From NCBI GenBank assembly GCA_034530615.2, contig JAVRCV020000052.1:32001-96000 (forward strand): a stretch of 64,000 bases of DNA. The letters run 5' to 3'. The position numbers were made by a program, and so were the translations under genes. Below the pieces are notes generated by a model, which searched no databases, was not told the origin of the DNA, and was given only the letters and a program-made list of their open reading frames with translations. The stretch is from Aulosira sp. ZfuVER01. GTDB lineage: Bacteria; Cyanobacteriota; Cyanobacteriia; Cyanobacteriales; Nostocaceae. Positions 51,936-62,535 of this stretch are shown here, piece after piece. Numbering within the stretch: the first letter of the stretch is position 1; each line of letters begins with the position of its first letter.

Positions 51936-52601
51936 TTATCTTGAAGATGCTAACTTATCCGCAATGCGTGTAGTTTCTGGCAGCCGATATTTAGTTGTGC
52001 AACGCATTACGTAGTCAATTGCTGTCGGTAAACTAACTCGATGACCACTGGAGATATATAATGGCTTGACTCCTGTGCGCGTGCGTAAAACTGCGCCAAT
52101 TGTTTCTCCCTTATGTATTAGCGGTTGCCAGCTGCCTTTTGTTTCTGGTACTTCTTCATACTTACCAATTAGTAAGGATTTTGCCACTCCGATGGTGGGT
52201 AGATCTATAAGCAACCCTAAATGGCTAGCTATGCCAAGTCTTCGGGGATGGGCGATTCCTTGACCATCACACAGAATCAGGTTTGGCATGATTTTCACTT
52301 TTTCTAGCGCATCAAGTACAGCTGGGATTTCCCGAAATGACAGGAAGCCGGGAATATAAGGAAATGTCGTAGGACGGCGCGCTAGGGTAGTCTCAACGAC
52401 TTGCAAGTCAGGAAAACTCAGCACGGCGACGGCTGCACGACTAATCGTACCATCAACTTCAAAGCCCATATCTACCCCTGCAACGTATTGGACAGGTTCT
52501 GGGAATCGATCTTCTGTAATTATCCGATCGCGCAATTTTTCTTGGATGGCGATCGCTTCTTCTAAGTTATGCGGCCATGTATGTTCTTGATAAATCTTCA
52601 T
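51936..52601 (-). CDS. nfi: Endonuclease V
   Basis: VAGVD, FPYIPGFLSFRE, DGQGIAHPRRLGIASH, IGVAKS, RLPETTR.AD. Confidence 0.96.
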   Translation of the reverse strand: MKIYQEHTWPHNLEEAIAIQEKLRDRIITEDRFPEPVQYVAGVDMGFEVDGTISRAAVAVLSFPDLQVVETTLARRPTTFPYIPGFLSFREIPAVLDALEKVKIMPNLILCDGQGIAHPRRLGIASHLGLLIDLPTIGVAKSLLIGKYEEVPETKGSWQPLIHKGETIGAVLRTRTGVKPLYISSGHRVSLPTAIDYVMRCTTKYRLPETTRIADKLASSR

Positions 52602-52826
52602 ATTTAGGCTTGAACTTAATAAAATTCAAAGGTTTTAATGCCCGAAATCTCTATTAGCAATAGTGTATATATTGTTGCCAGGAATTTATTTTTTTGTAAT
52701 CTTTTGCTAAAGTTAGAGCGCTACAATTTTGGTTGATTACTTTGTCCTGGTAGCACATAAAATATTGCAAGATTGATGGTAGTTTATTTTTGCACAAACT
52801 CTTCGATCCCAATCGCAATACAAGCT

Positions 52827-53465
52827 ATGACACTCAATTTATATTTACTGCGACATGGAGAAACTACTTTTAGTCAAAGTGGTAATTTCTGCGGTGAAAC
52901 TGATGCAGAGTTGACCGCTGAAGGGATGCAGATGGCAGAGGGTTTTGCCGATGTTTATCAAAAATTGAAGTGGGAAGCGGTTTATGTTAGCCCGATGAAG
53001 CGCACAATTGCAACTGCCAAGCCATTTTGTGATGCTATCGGTATGGATATGCAGTTGCGTGACGGACTCCGAGAAGGTAGTTATGGCGAATGGGAAACTA
53101 AGAGTAAATCGTTTGCTCAAGAGAATTACCCCCAAAACTATGTAAAATGGATGACAGAACCTGCTTGGAATGCACCACTAGGTGGAGAGACTGCGGTAGA
53201 TATTGCTAACCGTTCCATGCCTGTAATTGCTGAAATTCAAGAAAAACATCCCCAAGGTAATGTTTTAGTAGTTTCCCATAAAGCCACAATTCGGATTATG
53301 CTTTGCAGTCTACTGGGAATTGATTTGGGACGCTATCGCTATCGGGTGAATATTTTGGTCGCGTCGGTAAGTATGGTTAAATTTGACGTTAATGGCCCTT
53401 TGTTAGAAATATTAGGCGATCGCCATCATATACCCGATCTTATTCGCTCTCGCCCGGGGACATAA
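52827..53465 (+). CDS. Histidine phosphatase (phosphoglycerate mutase) family protein
   Basis: LLRHGET, SPMKR, REGSYGEWE, VVSH. Confidence 0.92.
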   Translation: MTLNLYLLRHGETTFSQSGNFCGETDAELTAEGMQMAEGFADVYQKLKWEAVYVSPMKRTIATAKPFCDAIGMDMQLRDGLREGSYGEWETKSKSFAQENYPQNYVKWMTEPAWNAPLGGETAVDIANRSMPVIAEIQEKHPQGNVLVVSHKATIRIMLCSLLGIDLGRYRYRVNILVASVSMVKFDVNGPLLEILGDRHHIPDLIRSRPGT

Positions 53466-53681
53466 TAGTTGCTACTAATAGGCTTTCAAGACACTGTTGA
53501 CAGAATATCTGCGTTCGCTGCAACAAAATCTAGGCAGGAAATCTGAGGACTAGATAAAGCTCAGAGCGATCGCAAAAGTTTTCGGTCTAATGATAGGGGA
53601 AATAGGAAAAATTAGTGTTTGATGTTGCTAAATATCAGCAGTGGATGGTTGTTATGTAAACCATACATCCATTAACTTAGC

Positions 53682-54749
53682 TCATTTTAGAGATACATAA
53701 TTCGGTAATAAAGTATCTAACAAAGCATCAATACTATTATCATAGAGATCTGAAATATGTAAAACTCTTTCAGCTTTGTTAAAATAGCTCTTAATTGAGT
53801 GTTTATAGATGGGGTCGTAATAGGAATACAATAAATCCTGTACTAATGTTTCCCAATTACTAGCATCAATCAACTGATACCATTGACTTAATTTCTCCCA
53901 ACCGCAGCGATATTTAAGTTTCTCCAGTTTCTGTTTTAAAATATCAGGATGAGTTACTAGGTGATTATATTCTTGTAAGAGGAACTTAACTCTAGCCGCT
54001 GTTGGTAGTTGAATTTCTACACAATTAGCTTGCCTCATTTCATTCCAGAGAGACTGAGGCAAATAGACTTTCCCAATTTTGTTACTTTCTGATTCTATCC
54101 ATACTGGTTGATGCGGATCGAAACTTTGCAGCTTTTGTAATAGTAGAGTTTCAAAGTATTTTTGTGAGGGTTGATAGGCAAGTTTTCCTTGCAATTCTCC
54201 CCCCAACAGAGAACCGCGATGATTCGCTAAACTTTCCAAGTCTAAAACTTGAGCGTCACGCTGACCCATCTTATCTAAGATGTAAGTCTTACCACTACCA
54301 CTTAGACCGCACAATATCTGATAAGTAAATTTTGCGGGCAGATGTTCTAGTTGTTGGCGTACATAAGCACGATAAGTTTTGTATCCGCCATCAATAACAG
54401 TAACGCGCCAACCAATCTGTGTTAGCACCAAAGCCATGCTACCTGAACGCTGCCCACCCCGCCAGCAATAAATTAAAGGACGGTAGTCTTTATCTTTCGC
54501 TGCAAAATGTTGACTGAGATGCTGATAGATATTTCTAGATACTAAAGCAGCGCCAATTTTTTTGGCAGTGAAAGGGCAAACTTGTTTGTAAATTGTTCCT
54601 ACTTCAGCGCGTTCGGCATCATTCAAGACTGGTAAATTAATTGCACCAGGAATGTGGTCTTCTAAAAATTCGCTAGGTGAACGAACATCAATGATTTCAC
54701 TATAATTTTCAGTCCAGGGCTGCCGAGTATATTTAACTAAGGGTGACAT
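53682..54749 (-). CDS. mnmH: tRNA 2-selenouridine/geranyl-2-thiouridine synthase (SelU)
   Basis: Rhodanese DVRSPSEF..HIPGA, YCWRGGQRS, P-loop GLSGSGKT, DLESLANHRGS, ESES. Confidence 0.93.
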   Translation of the reverse strand: MSPLVKYTRQPWTENYSEIIDVRSPSEFLEDHIPGAINLPVLNDAERAEVGTIYKQVCPFTAKKIGAALVSRNIYQHLSQHFAAKDKDYRPLIYCWRGGQRSGSMALVLTQIGWRVTVIDGGYKTYRAYVRQQLEHLPAKFTYQILCGLSGSGKTYILDKMGQRDAQVLDLESLANHRGSLLGGELQGKLAYQPSQKYFETLLLQKLQSFDPHQPVWIESESNKIGKVYLPQSLWNEMRQANCVEIQLPTAARVKFLLQEYNHLVTHPDILKQKLEKLKYRCGWEKLSQWYQLIDASNWETLVQDLLYSYYDPIYKHSIKSYFNKAERVLHISDLYDNSIDALLDTLLPNYVSLK

Positions 54750-55192
54750 AACATTAAAATTCTCACTTGCTTAATTTTGACACTTCCATAACTTGAGTAG
54801 CGAAATTTTATAATTAGGTGAATTTAAATTAATCTATGTAAACTGTCAAAAGATTTGCATTTTTCCTTTGCTTTGACGGTCTGGGTATGAGGCTTGAAGA
54901 TTTTGGATTTGTTTCACGCCACTTGCGGATGAGGAATTCACCAAAAAAATCTAAAATTGCCAGTCAAGAAAATACTGGAAAGTCTAAGGAGTTTGGTTAT
55001 CTACAGGCGCTCCCAGAACCAGGACAACTATAGCACTCCTATTGGAACTGTGAAATTACTTGAGGAATTCGGTAATAGGCAGAGATTTTTTCATGATTGT
55101 TATATCAGAGTAAAAATCAGCAGTCATATTGATTGATAAGCTGAATACAATTATCAAAAATCAAACAAAAATCAGTATTTGAAGCTGGATTT

Positions 55193-55390
55193 TCATGGCG
55201 CTTGGTGGAGTATAAGTTGCGATCGCCTATCAAAATTGTTCAAACAGCTTGCGTAATCTTCGTCATTGTATCGGTATTCGGGCCATCGCCGTAACAGGGG
55301 TGAGACCAACTTTTGGCGATCGCAATTTTTCTTCCTAATCTTGAGAATTCCTTTAACTGTCTCATTCATGACAGAATCCGACTTAGCCAT
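55193..55390 (-). CDS. Possible small hypothetical protein (65 aa)
   Basis: ATG-started ORF with two HIP1 sites in an otherwise empty 700-bp gap; no motif recognised. Confidence 0.3.
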   Translation of the reverse strand: MAKSDSVMNETVKGILKIRKKNCDRQKLVSPLLRRWPEYRYNDEDYASCLNNFDRRSQLILHQAP

Positions 55391-55456
55391 AGCAAAATTG
55401 CAATTTTGAAATCAAGGCGGTTTTTAGTGGTACAAAATGGAAGAATGAAATGGTAA

Positions 55457-57979
55457 ATGACTCAGCAATGGCCTCTCAACAGAGTTGATGGTGCTGCCGT
55501 GATCGGAATTGTTATTGTTTCTCACAGTAAACAACTAGCGCTTGGCGTACAGGAACTTGCAGCGCAAATGGTTCAGGGTAAAGTCTCCTTGGCTATTGCA
55601 GCAGGGATTGAAGATCCTGAAAATCCACTGGGTACAGATCCAATACAGGTTTATGAGGCGATCGCTTCTATCTTTAATGATGATGGTGTCCTGGTGTTAA
55701 TGGATCTGGGTAGTGCTGTAATGAGTGCAGAAATGGCCTTAGAGTTCCTTTCGCCAGAACATAGGGAAAAAGTACATTTATGTGAAGCACCTTTAGTTGA
55801 AGGTGCGATCGCTGCTGTTGTTGCCGCCGCCGCAGGTCATAATATTCAGCAAGTTATGGCGGAAGCACGGTCGGCATTAGTTGCAAAAGCTACTTTATTA
55901 GGAATGGACAGCAGTCCATCATTAGTTATTCCCGCAACTCATCCTGAATTATCAACTAAAGAAATTCGGCTCACTGTCAGCAATCGCTTGGGTTTACACG
56001 CCCGTCCTGCGGCTCAATTTGTTACCACCGCCGCTAAATTTCAATCCCAAATACTAGTACAAAATATTACTAAAGGTACAAATCTAGTCCGAGGTGACAG
56101 TATTAACCAAGTTGCAACTTTAGGGGTACGCCAAGGACATGAGTTAATCATTACTGCTACTGGTGCTGATGCCGATCAAGCGTTGGCTGCGTTGGAAGCC
56201 TTAATTGCCAATAACTTTGGCGAAGATGAGTCTAGTTTGGAATTACCACCAGCCATCGAGAAGCTTACCCCAGCTACTCCCGGCGAACTTTCAGGAATTC
56301 CCGCTTCCCCAGGAGTAGCGATCGCACCTGTGGTTCATTATCAACCTGCTGCTGTTACGCCTACACAATACCACGTAGATAATGTTAATGCTGAGTGGCA
56401 ACGGTTACAAACAGCGATTGACACTGCTAAACAGCAAATTCAAGCATTATTTTCTCAAGCCTCGATTCAAATTGGTGATACAGAAGCCGCAATTTTTGTT
56501 GCCCATCTACTATTTTTAGAAGATCCTGTTCTACTAGAAGCAGTTCGCCAGCGAATTTACGAACAGCATCTCAATGCAGAAGTCGCTTGGCAAGCGGTTG
56601 TAGATGAGGTAGCGTCTAGTTACCACAAACTAGAAGATGCTTACTTGCAAGAACGAGTAGAAGATGTTATTGATGTCGGACAACGGGTGCTGCGCTTGCT
56701 AACGGGGACATCAGCAAATTTCTTGGAACTAGCGGAACCAGCTATTTTAGTGGCGACTGATTTAACTCCCTCGGACACCATTAGCTTAGATCCTAGCAAA
56801 GTGTTAGGTATTTGTACAACCTCTGGTAGTGCCACATCTCACAGTGCAATTATTGCCCGCACATTAGGGATTCCCGCCGTTTTGGGTGTAGATGCGGGGA
56901 TATTGTATCTCGAAGATGGAACGATAATGGCACTCGATGGAGAGAGTGGAAAAGCTTGGGTTGAACCAGAAGCAGATATTTTGAGTGTCTTAGAAGCAAA
57001 GCGAGAAGCTTGGTACATTACTCAACAGGAAGCACTAGCCAAAGCACATCAACCAGCAATCACCCGTGATGGTAGGCAAGTAAATGTGTTTGCCAATATC
57101 GGTAGCATAGCTGATGTTCAATTGGCTTTAGCTAGTGGAGCAGAAGGAGTAGGACTACTGCGTACAGAGTTCCTTTATTTAGGTAAGACAAGTGCTCCGA
57201 CGGAAGAGGAGCAATTAGCAGTATACCAGGCGATCGCACAAGTTTTAGATCGACAGCCATTAATTATCCGTACTTTAGATGTTGGTGGCGACAAACCACT
57301 ACCTTACATTAAGCCAGGAGTTCCAGAAACTAACCCTTTCCTTGGCTGTCGCGGAATTCGCTTTTGTTTGGAACATTCAGATTTATTTAAAACGCAGTTG
57401 CGGGCAATTTTGCGAGCCAGCAACGGACACAATATCAAGATTATGTTGCCGATGATTGCTACTGTGACTGAGGTACGGGCAGCTAAAGCAATTTTAAATG
57501 AAGTGCAACGGGAACTTAAGCAAGCTGGTATCTGTTTTGATGACAAGATAGAAGTCGGGATTATGGTAGAAGTACCCTCAGCCGTAGCGATCGCAGATCA
57601 ATTAGCAGCTGAAGTAGACTTTTTTAGTATTGGCACAAATGACCTTAGCCAGTATGTCATGGCAGGCGATCGCAACAACCCCAGAGTCGCCAATTTAGCT
57701 GATGCTATGCATCCGGCGGTGTTGCGGATGGTACAACAAACAGTTCAAGCCGGTCATGGGGCGGGAATTTGGGTAGGATTATGTGGTGAACTTGCAGCAG
57801 ATCCCGCCGCCACTACGATTTTATTAGGTTTAGGATTAGATGAATTGAGCGTCAATCCTCAAGCAATACCGATATTGAAACAAGCGATCGCCCAATTAAG
57901 TATAGTTGAGTGTGAGGCGATCGCTGCCTCTGCATTACAACTTGATTCTGCTGAACAAGTAAGGCTAATCAGTAATTGA
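55457..57979 (+). CDS. ptsP: Multiphosphoryl transfer protein: EIIA(Man/DhaM)-HPr-Enzyme I fusion
   Basis: GIVIVSHS and MDLGSA (DhaM-type EIIA); GLHARPA (HPr); TSHSAI, GLLRTEF, RTLDVGGDK, IGTNDL, GLCGE (EI); alternative GTG start at 55499. Confidence 0.92.
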   Translation: MTQQWPLNRVDGAAVIGIVIVSHSKQLALGVQELAAQMVQGKVSLAIAAGIEDPENPLGTDPIQVYEAIASIFNDDGVLVLMDLGSAVMSAEMALEFLSPEHREKVHLCEAPLVEGAIAAVVAAAAGHNIQQVMAEARSALVAKATLLGMDSSPSLVIPATHPELSTKEIRLTVSNRLGLHARPAAQFVTTAAKFQSQILVQNITKGTNLVRGDSINQVATLGVRQGHELIITATGADADQALAALEALIANNFGEDESSLELPPAIEKLTPATPGELSGIPASPGVAIAPVVHYQPAAVTPTQYHVDNVNAEWQRLQTAIDTAKQQIQALFSQASIQIGDTEAAIFVAHLLFLEDPVLLEAVRQRIYEQHLNAEVAWQAVVDEVASSYHKLEDAYLQERVEDVIDVGQRVLRLLTGTSANFLELAEPAILVATDLTPSDTISLDPSKVLGICTTSGSATSHSAIIARTLGIPAVLGVDAGILYLEDGTIMALDGESGKAWVEPEADILSVLEAKREAWYITQQEALAKAHQPAITRDGRQVNVFANIGSIADVQLALASGAEGVGLLRTEFLYLGKTSAPTEEEQLAVYQAIAQVLDRQPLIIRTLDVGGDKPLPYIKPGVPETNPFLGCRGIRFCLEHSDLFKTQLRAILRASNGHNIKIMLPMIATVTEVRAAKAILNEVQRELKQAGICFDDKIEVGIMVEVPSAVAIADQLAAEVDFFSIGTNDLSQYVMAGDRNNPRVANLADAMHPAVLRMVQQTVQAGHGAGIWVGLCGELAADPAATTILLGLGLDELSVNPQAIPILKQAIAQLSIVECEAIAASALQLDSAEQVRLISN

Positions 57980-57980
57980 G

Positions 57981-58754
57981 ATGAAATATTTGCGTGAAAT
58001 TCTAGCTGTCACTCAGCGCATTTTAATTGAGCTATGGCGCCGCAGACGTAGCTTAATTTTCTGGGGTATTTTTCCTATTTCAGTATTAATTCTCAGTGGA
58101 TTTATCTTAGCAGAAAGGGCAAAATTACCACTTTCATCTGCTTTTGAATATGCTGCTCCCTCAAGTTTAGTAGGTGCGGCAATGTTTTTTAGTTGTTTGG
58201 GTGGAAGTGTCGCCACTGTAGTTGCAGAAAGAGAACAGCAAACCCTCAAACGCCTTTTTCTGTCTCCCTTAAGTGGCACTTCTTATTTTTTGGGAATATT
58301 TCTAGCTCATAGTTGCATTGGTTTGGGGCAGACCTTATTAATTTATACTATTGCAGCTTTTTGGGGTGCTACTTTTAAAGGATCGATTTTGTTAGGTTTG
58401 ATAATTATTTTCATGACTATCATTGCTTATGTGGGTTTAGGTTTTATTTTAGGAACACAATTAGCTCGTCGGATTGAAGATGTCAACGCACTAGTAGCAG
58501 CTTTTGGCGTACCTTTATTAATTCTAGGTGGAGCGTTTTTACCTGCTGCACTTTTTCCGCCAACCTTAATTAATCTCGCCAAATTCAATCCGATTTATCA
58601 CATGAATGAATCTCTCGTAGCCGTTTCAGCCAAGGGTGAAGGCATGGGTGAGATTTCATCACACTTTTGGTTTTTATTTGTTTTTGCTATAGCAATGTTT
58701 GTTTTTGGATGGCTCTCTTATAAGCGAATGTTAATCGTCGAGAGAAGATTATAA
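57981..58754 (+). CDS. ABC-2 type transporter permease
   Basis: Six TM segments, EREQQTLKRLFLSP, GAFLP, FNPIYH. Confidence 0.9.
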   Translation: MKYLREILAVTQRILIELWRRRRSLIFWGIFPISVLILSGFILAERAKLPLSSAFEYAAPSSLVGAAMFFSCLGGSVATVVAEREQQTLKRLFLSPLSGTSYFLGIFLAHSCIGLGQTLLIYTIAAFWGATFKGSILLGLIIIFMTIIAYVGLGFILGTQLARRIEDVNALVAAFGVPLLILGGAFLPAALFPPTLINLAKFNPIYHMNESLVAVSAKGEGMGEISSHFWFLFVFAIAMFVFGWLSYKRMLIVERRL

Positions 58755-58918
58755 TCAGGCAGGAGGTAGGCGGGAAACCCTATAAATAAATTTTAGGAGT
58801 TTGAAATAAGACCACTTTTTTTCTTGCACTTTGTCCTCAAAAAAATTATTTTAATTTTTAATATGTAAGCTGGTAATTTTAAACCCTGTAGCAGAGAGAA
58901 CTATATCTATTTTCTTAC

Positions 58919-58946
58919 TTCTGCCCTCTGCCCTCTGCCCTCTGCC
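58919..58946. repeat. Heptamer tandem repeat (TCTGCCC)x4
   Basis: tctgccctctgccctctgccctctgcc before the ATP-binding gene. Confidence 0.85.
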
Positions 58947-58961
58947 TTTTCTGATAAAAAT

Positions 58962-59855
58962 ATGCTAACAATTAAAAACTTAAATAAATCCTATGGTAAA
59001 AGACAAGTTCTCCAAAATTTGAATTTGCATATCGATTTTGGAGAAATTTACGGCTTAATTGGCGCAAATGGGTCCGGTAAGACAACTACAATTAATATTA
59101 TTTGTAATTTGCTCAATGCTGATAGTGGTGATATTAAAATCAATCATCAACCAGTTTCACAATCCACGAAAAAACTAATTGGTGTCGCACCTCAAGAAAA
59201 TATACTTTATAAAACTCTCTCTTGTGAAGAGAACCTGAAATTTTTTGCGGATATTTATGGATTAGATCGGAGAGAACGCCAAAGAGTCATTACAGAAACT
59301 TTAGTAGCAGTAAACTTAATAGATAGGGCAAAACATCCAGTAGAGACTCTCAGTGGTGGGATGCAAAGGCGGTTAAATATTGCCGTAGCTTTAGTACATC
59401 AGCCACAGCTAGTAATTCTTGATGAACCGACGACTGGGTTAGATATTGAGGCGAGATACGAAATTTGGGAGTTGATTCGTCAACTAAAAAATCAAGGAAT
59501 TACAGTTTTACTCACAACTCATTTATTAGAGGAAGCCGAACGCCTTTGTCAGAGAATTGGGATTCTCAAAAATGGTCATATATTGGCTGAGGGTAGTTTA
59601 GCTCAATTACGCACATTGATTCCAGCCCAAGAAGTTATCCTAGTGCAAACTGAGTTTGAAGAGCAAGCGATCGCTAGAGCTAACGAATATAATTTTACTC
59701 ATAGGCGTTATGGCAGCGATTTAGCTTTTTGGTTGCCAGAGCCTTTGGAATTAAAAGAAATTATTGCACGGTTTGAGGGCATAGCGATTAATTCAATTGC
59801 CCGCCAGCCTGTACGTTTAGAGCATATTTACGTGGAACTAATGCAACAGCATTAG
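58962..59855 (+). CDS. ABC-2 type transporter ATP-binding protein
   Basis: GANGSGKTT, LSGGMQRR, ILDEPTTGLD, LTTH. Confidence 0.95.
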   Translation: MLTIKNLNKSYGKRQVLQNLNLHIDFGEIYGLIGANGSGKTTTINIICNLLNADSGDIKINHQPVSQSTKKLIGVAPQENILYKTLSCEENLKFFADIYGLDRRERQRVITETLVAVNLIDRAKHPVETLSGGMQRRLNIAVALVHQPQLVILDEPTTGLDIEARYEIWELIRQLKNQGITVLLTTHLLEEAERLCQRIGILKNGHILAEGSLAQLRTLIPAQEVILVQTEFEEQAIARANEYNFTHRRYGSDLAFWLPEPLELKEIIARFEGIAINSIARQPVRLEHIYVELMQQH

Positions 59856-60554
59856 CAATATCTGAATAATTCCAGAAAATCGGGATAATTTGGAGAATTT
59901 ATCTTTTTTATTGCCATCATACTCCATTATATCTTCAAGCTACTCTACGTTAATATGCGTTTAAGCACAGACTAGCGATCGCATCTTTAATTGTGCTAGA
60001 AACAATTATTTTTCACATTGCCAATTGCTGAATTCTGAAAATTGAGCTAGCTTTAGAGCCTCTCCGCAACTCATGCTTGAGCTTGCTGTTGTTAGCTTGT
60101 CAATCTGTAATCGACTGAATAAAATTTTGGATATTTTTTTTATAAAGGTTGCATAAAGATGACAAATTGTGTACCATCGTCTAAGTCAATTTGTCCGGAC
60201 AAAAAAAATAAGAGTTAAGTTACAGATGTAACTTGTATCTCAGTAAATTTGTCATGGCGGGAAAAGTTTGGGTGAAGTTATAAAGTGTGCATTGACCAAA
60301 TTGTGTTGATTTAATCAAGTCAACATGAGGATAAATTGTTGCATCTGTATTTCAGGGTAAATTGTCGATGTTAGCAAATTTTATGTAAATTTCGGCTGAT
60401 ATTTGCAATTATTCCTCAGTTCAAAATTGAGCTGAAAAAAATTATTACCGCAGGGTGCTCTGAATCCCATCATCTCGACAGCTTGTGAATGACCACAAAA
60501 CGTCTGTCCAAAAAGTCGATCTGAAAACATTCTTCATTTAAGGGAATTCAAAGC

Positions 60555-62519
60555 ATGACTACTTTTAACGTAACTACAACTGCCGATAGCGGAGCAGGTT
60601 CTTTACGTAATGCGATCGCCTCTGCACAAGCAGGAGACACAATTAAATTTGGCTCTAACCTTGCCAATCAAGTCATTAAACTCACCAGTGGGCAAATCAA
60701 TATTACGAAGAATCTGATAATTGATGGTGCAGGAGCAGCAAATTTAAAAATTAGTGGTAACTATGCCGGACGAGTATTTCAGGTTGGCAGACATGTTGAT
60801 GCAACAGTCCGAAACCTCACCATTGCCGATGGTTATACTACTGACAGAGGTGGTGGTATTCAAGTTGTTGACTATGGCAGTATAACGGTAGAAAACTGTC
60901 GATTCAGCTACAACTACGGCGGTATGGGTGGAGCCATCCATATTGGCTTTAGTGGTAAAGGCACAGTAATCAACAGTAGCTTTGATAACAACGATGGTAC
61001 TTTAACAAAGTCTGGCTTTAGTAGTGGAGCGATCGCCACCTATGGTTCTGGCGATCTGACCGTCAAAAATAGCCAATTCACCAATAATAAGGGTGTGAAT
61101 GGTGGTGCAATATATAGCCTACTCGGTGGCTTGACTGTAGAGAACTCAGTCTTTCGCAATAATAGTTCCAGCGGTCAAAGTTTTGGTGGTGGTGGTGGTG
61201 CAATCTTTACTGATGGAGCTAACCCAGTAGGGCCTGGTTCCACTGTTGGAGGTGTAATTGCCATCCGTGGCAGTAAATTTGAAGGCAATAAAACCAAGGG
61301 AGAAGGTGGCGCACTCTTTCTGTATGGTTACGAGGCAGACAAAATCCTTCTGGAAAATAGCACCGTAGTTGGTAACACAGCCAATTCTACCGATCAAGGT
61401 ATTGCCAGAGGCGGCGGCTTGCGAGGCAATAGCGCCCTCACAATTCGCAATGTCACTTTTGCTAACAACACCTCCGATAGACAAGGAGGTGCTTTGTGGA
61501 TAGATGGAGGCTCACCCAAGAATATCCTCAACAGTACCTTTTCCGGGAATAAGGCGCTCTATGATGCAGGCGGAGCAATGATGCTGAACACGGACAACTC
61601 CACGCCTGTGAATATTGTGAATTCTACTATCGTTAACAACTCTTCTGGAAAATTGGTTGGGGGAATTTGGATTGGCGATCCAGCAGCACCAGTAACCCTC
61701 AAGAATTCAATTGTCGCTAAAAATACATCAGCCGACCCAGCAAATATGCAAGTTGGGTATCAACTAAAAGATGGTGGTGGCAACATCGAATTTCCAGCTC
61801 CTTCACAAGGTCGTCGAGTTGTATCAGGTAGTCGGATTGTTGACCCTCTTCTTGGCTCCTTACAAACAATTGGTGGTTCTTTAGTACATCCCCTTCTAGC
61901 AAATAGCCCTGCTATCAATACTGGTAAGACAGGTAGTGGTATACCCACCATTGACGAACGAGGGATGCTGCGAGATAGCCAACCAGACGTTGGAGCCTTT
62001 GAGATATCCAGTCAGTTAAGTACAACAGGCATCAATACAAGTATGTCTGGGCCGAGTCTAATGCGTGGTACTAAAGGTTCCGATAACCTCCAAGGCGGTT
62101 CTGGTAGCAACATCATTCAAGGTGGTGATGGTAGCGACATCCTTAAAGGTAGCAGTAGTAACGATATCCTCCAAGGTGGTGAAGGTAACGATGTCCTGAC
62201 AGGTGGTCAGGGTAGCGATAATCTCAATGGTGGCGGTGGTAATGACCGATTTGTCTATCAAAACTTTTTAGACAAGGGTGATACTATCCAATATTTTGAA
62301 GCTGGAAAAGACCAGATTGACCTCAGCAAAATTATCGATGGTAGCAAGTTTATGAGCGCCAATCCTTTCAGAGATTATATAAAAACGGCGCAGGTTGGTT
62401 CTAATACCGTTGTGAGTATTAACCCAAATGGTGACACCAGCCCCTATCAATTCCAGAAATTTTTGACGCTGAATAACTTCACCAGTAGTAATCTAACTGC
62501 TAGAGATTTCGTTCTTTAG
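60555..62519 (+). CDS. Secreted beta-helix protein (GGAI/FxxN repeats, choice-of-anchor-Q-like) with RTX Ca-binding repeats and T1SS C-terminal signal
   Basis: VTTTADSGAGSLRNAI N-terminus; GGAI and FxxN repeats; SPAINTG..DERG..DVGAFE; GGxGxD nonapeptides; DQIDLS...LTARDFVL. Confidence 0.88.
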   Translation: MTTFNVTTTADSGAGSLRNAIASAQAGDTIKFGSNLANQVIKLTSGQINITKNLIIDGAGAANLKISGNYAGRVFQVGRHVDATVRNLTIADGYTTDRGGGIQVVDYGSITVENCRFSYNYGGMGGAIHIGFSGKGTVINSSFDNNDGTLTKSGFSSGAIATYGSGDLTVKNSQFTNNKGVNGGAIYSLLGGLTVENSVFRNNSSSGQSFGGGGGAIFTDGANPVGPGSTVGGVIAIRGSKFEGNKTKGEGGALFLYGYEADKILLENSTVVGNTANSTDQGIARGGGLRGNSALTIRNVTFANNTSDRQGGALWIDGGSPKNILNSTFSGNKALYDAGGAMMLNTDNSTPVNIVNSTIVNNSSGKLVGGIWIGDPAAPVTLKNSIVAKNTSADPANMQVGYQLKDGGGNIEFPAPSQGRRVVSGSRIVDPLLGSLQTIGGSLVHPLLANSPAINTGKTGSGIPTIDERGMLRDSQPDVGAFEISSQLSTTGINTSMSGPSLMRGTKGSDNLQGGSGSNIIQGGDGSDILKGSSSNDILQGGEGNDVLTGGQGSDNLNGGGGNDRFVYQNFLDKGDTIQYFEAGKDQIDLSKIIDGSKFMSANPFRDYIKTAQVGSNTVVSINPNGDTSPYQFQKFLTLNNFTSSNLTARDFVL

Positions 62520-62535
62520 TTGAACCAAAAGAAGT

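Noticed and set aside
54887..55033. 48-codon plus-strand ORF in the mnmH-ptsP gap
   Set aside because: Runs through repeat-like sequence (GATTTTG/AATCTAAAAT, GCCACTTGC), with no clear RBS or motif
60250..60500. Fragments resembling a c-di-AMP (ydaO) or c-di-GMP riboswitch upstream of the RTX gene
   Set aside because: Only short scattered matches; order, spacing and pairing do not fit either consensus
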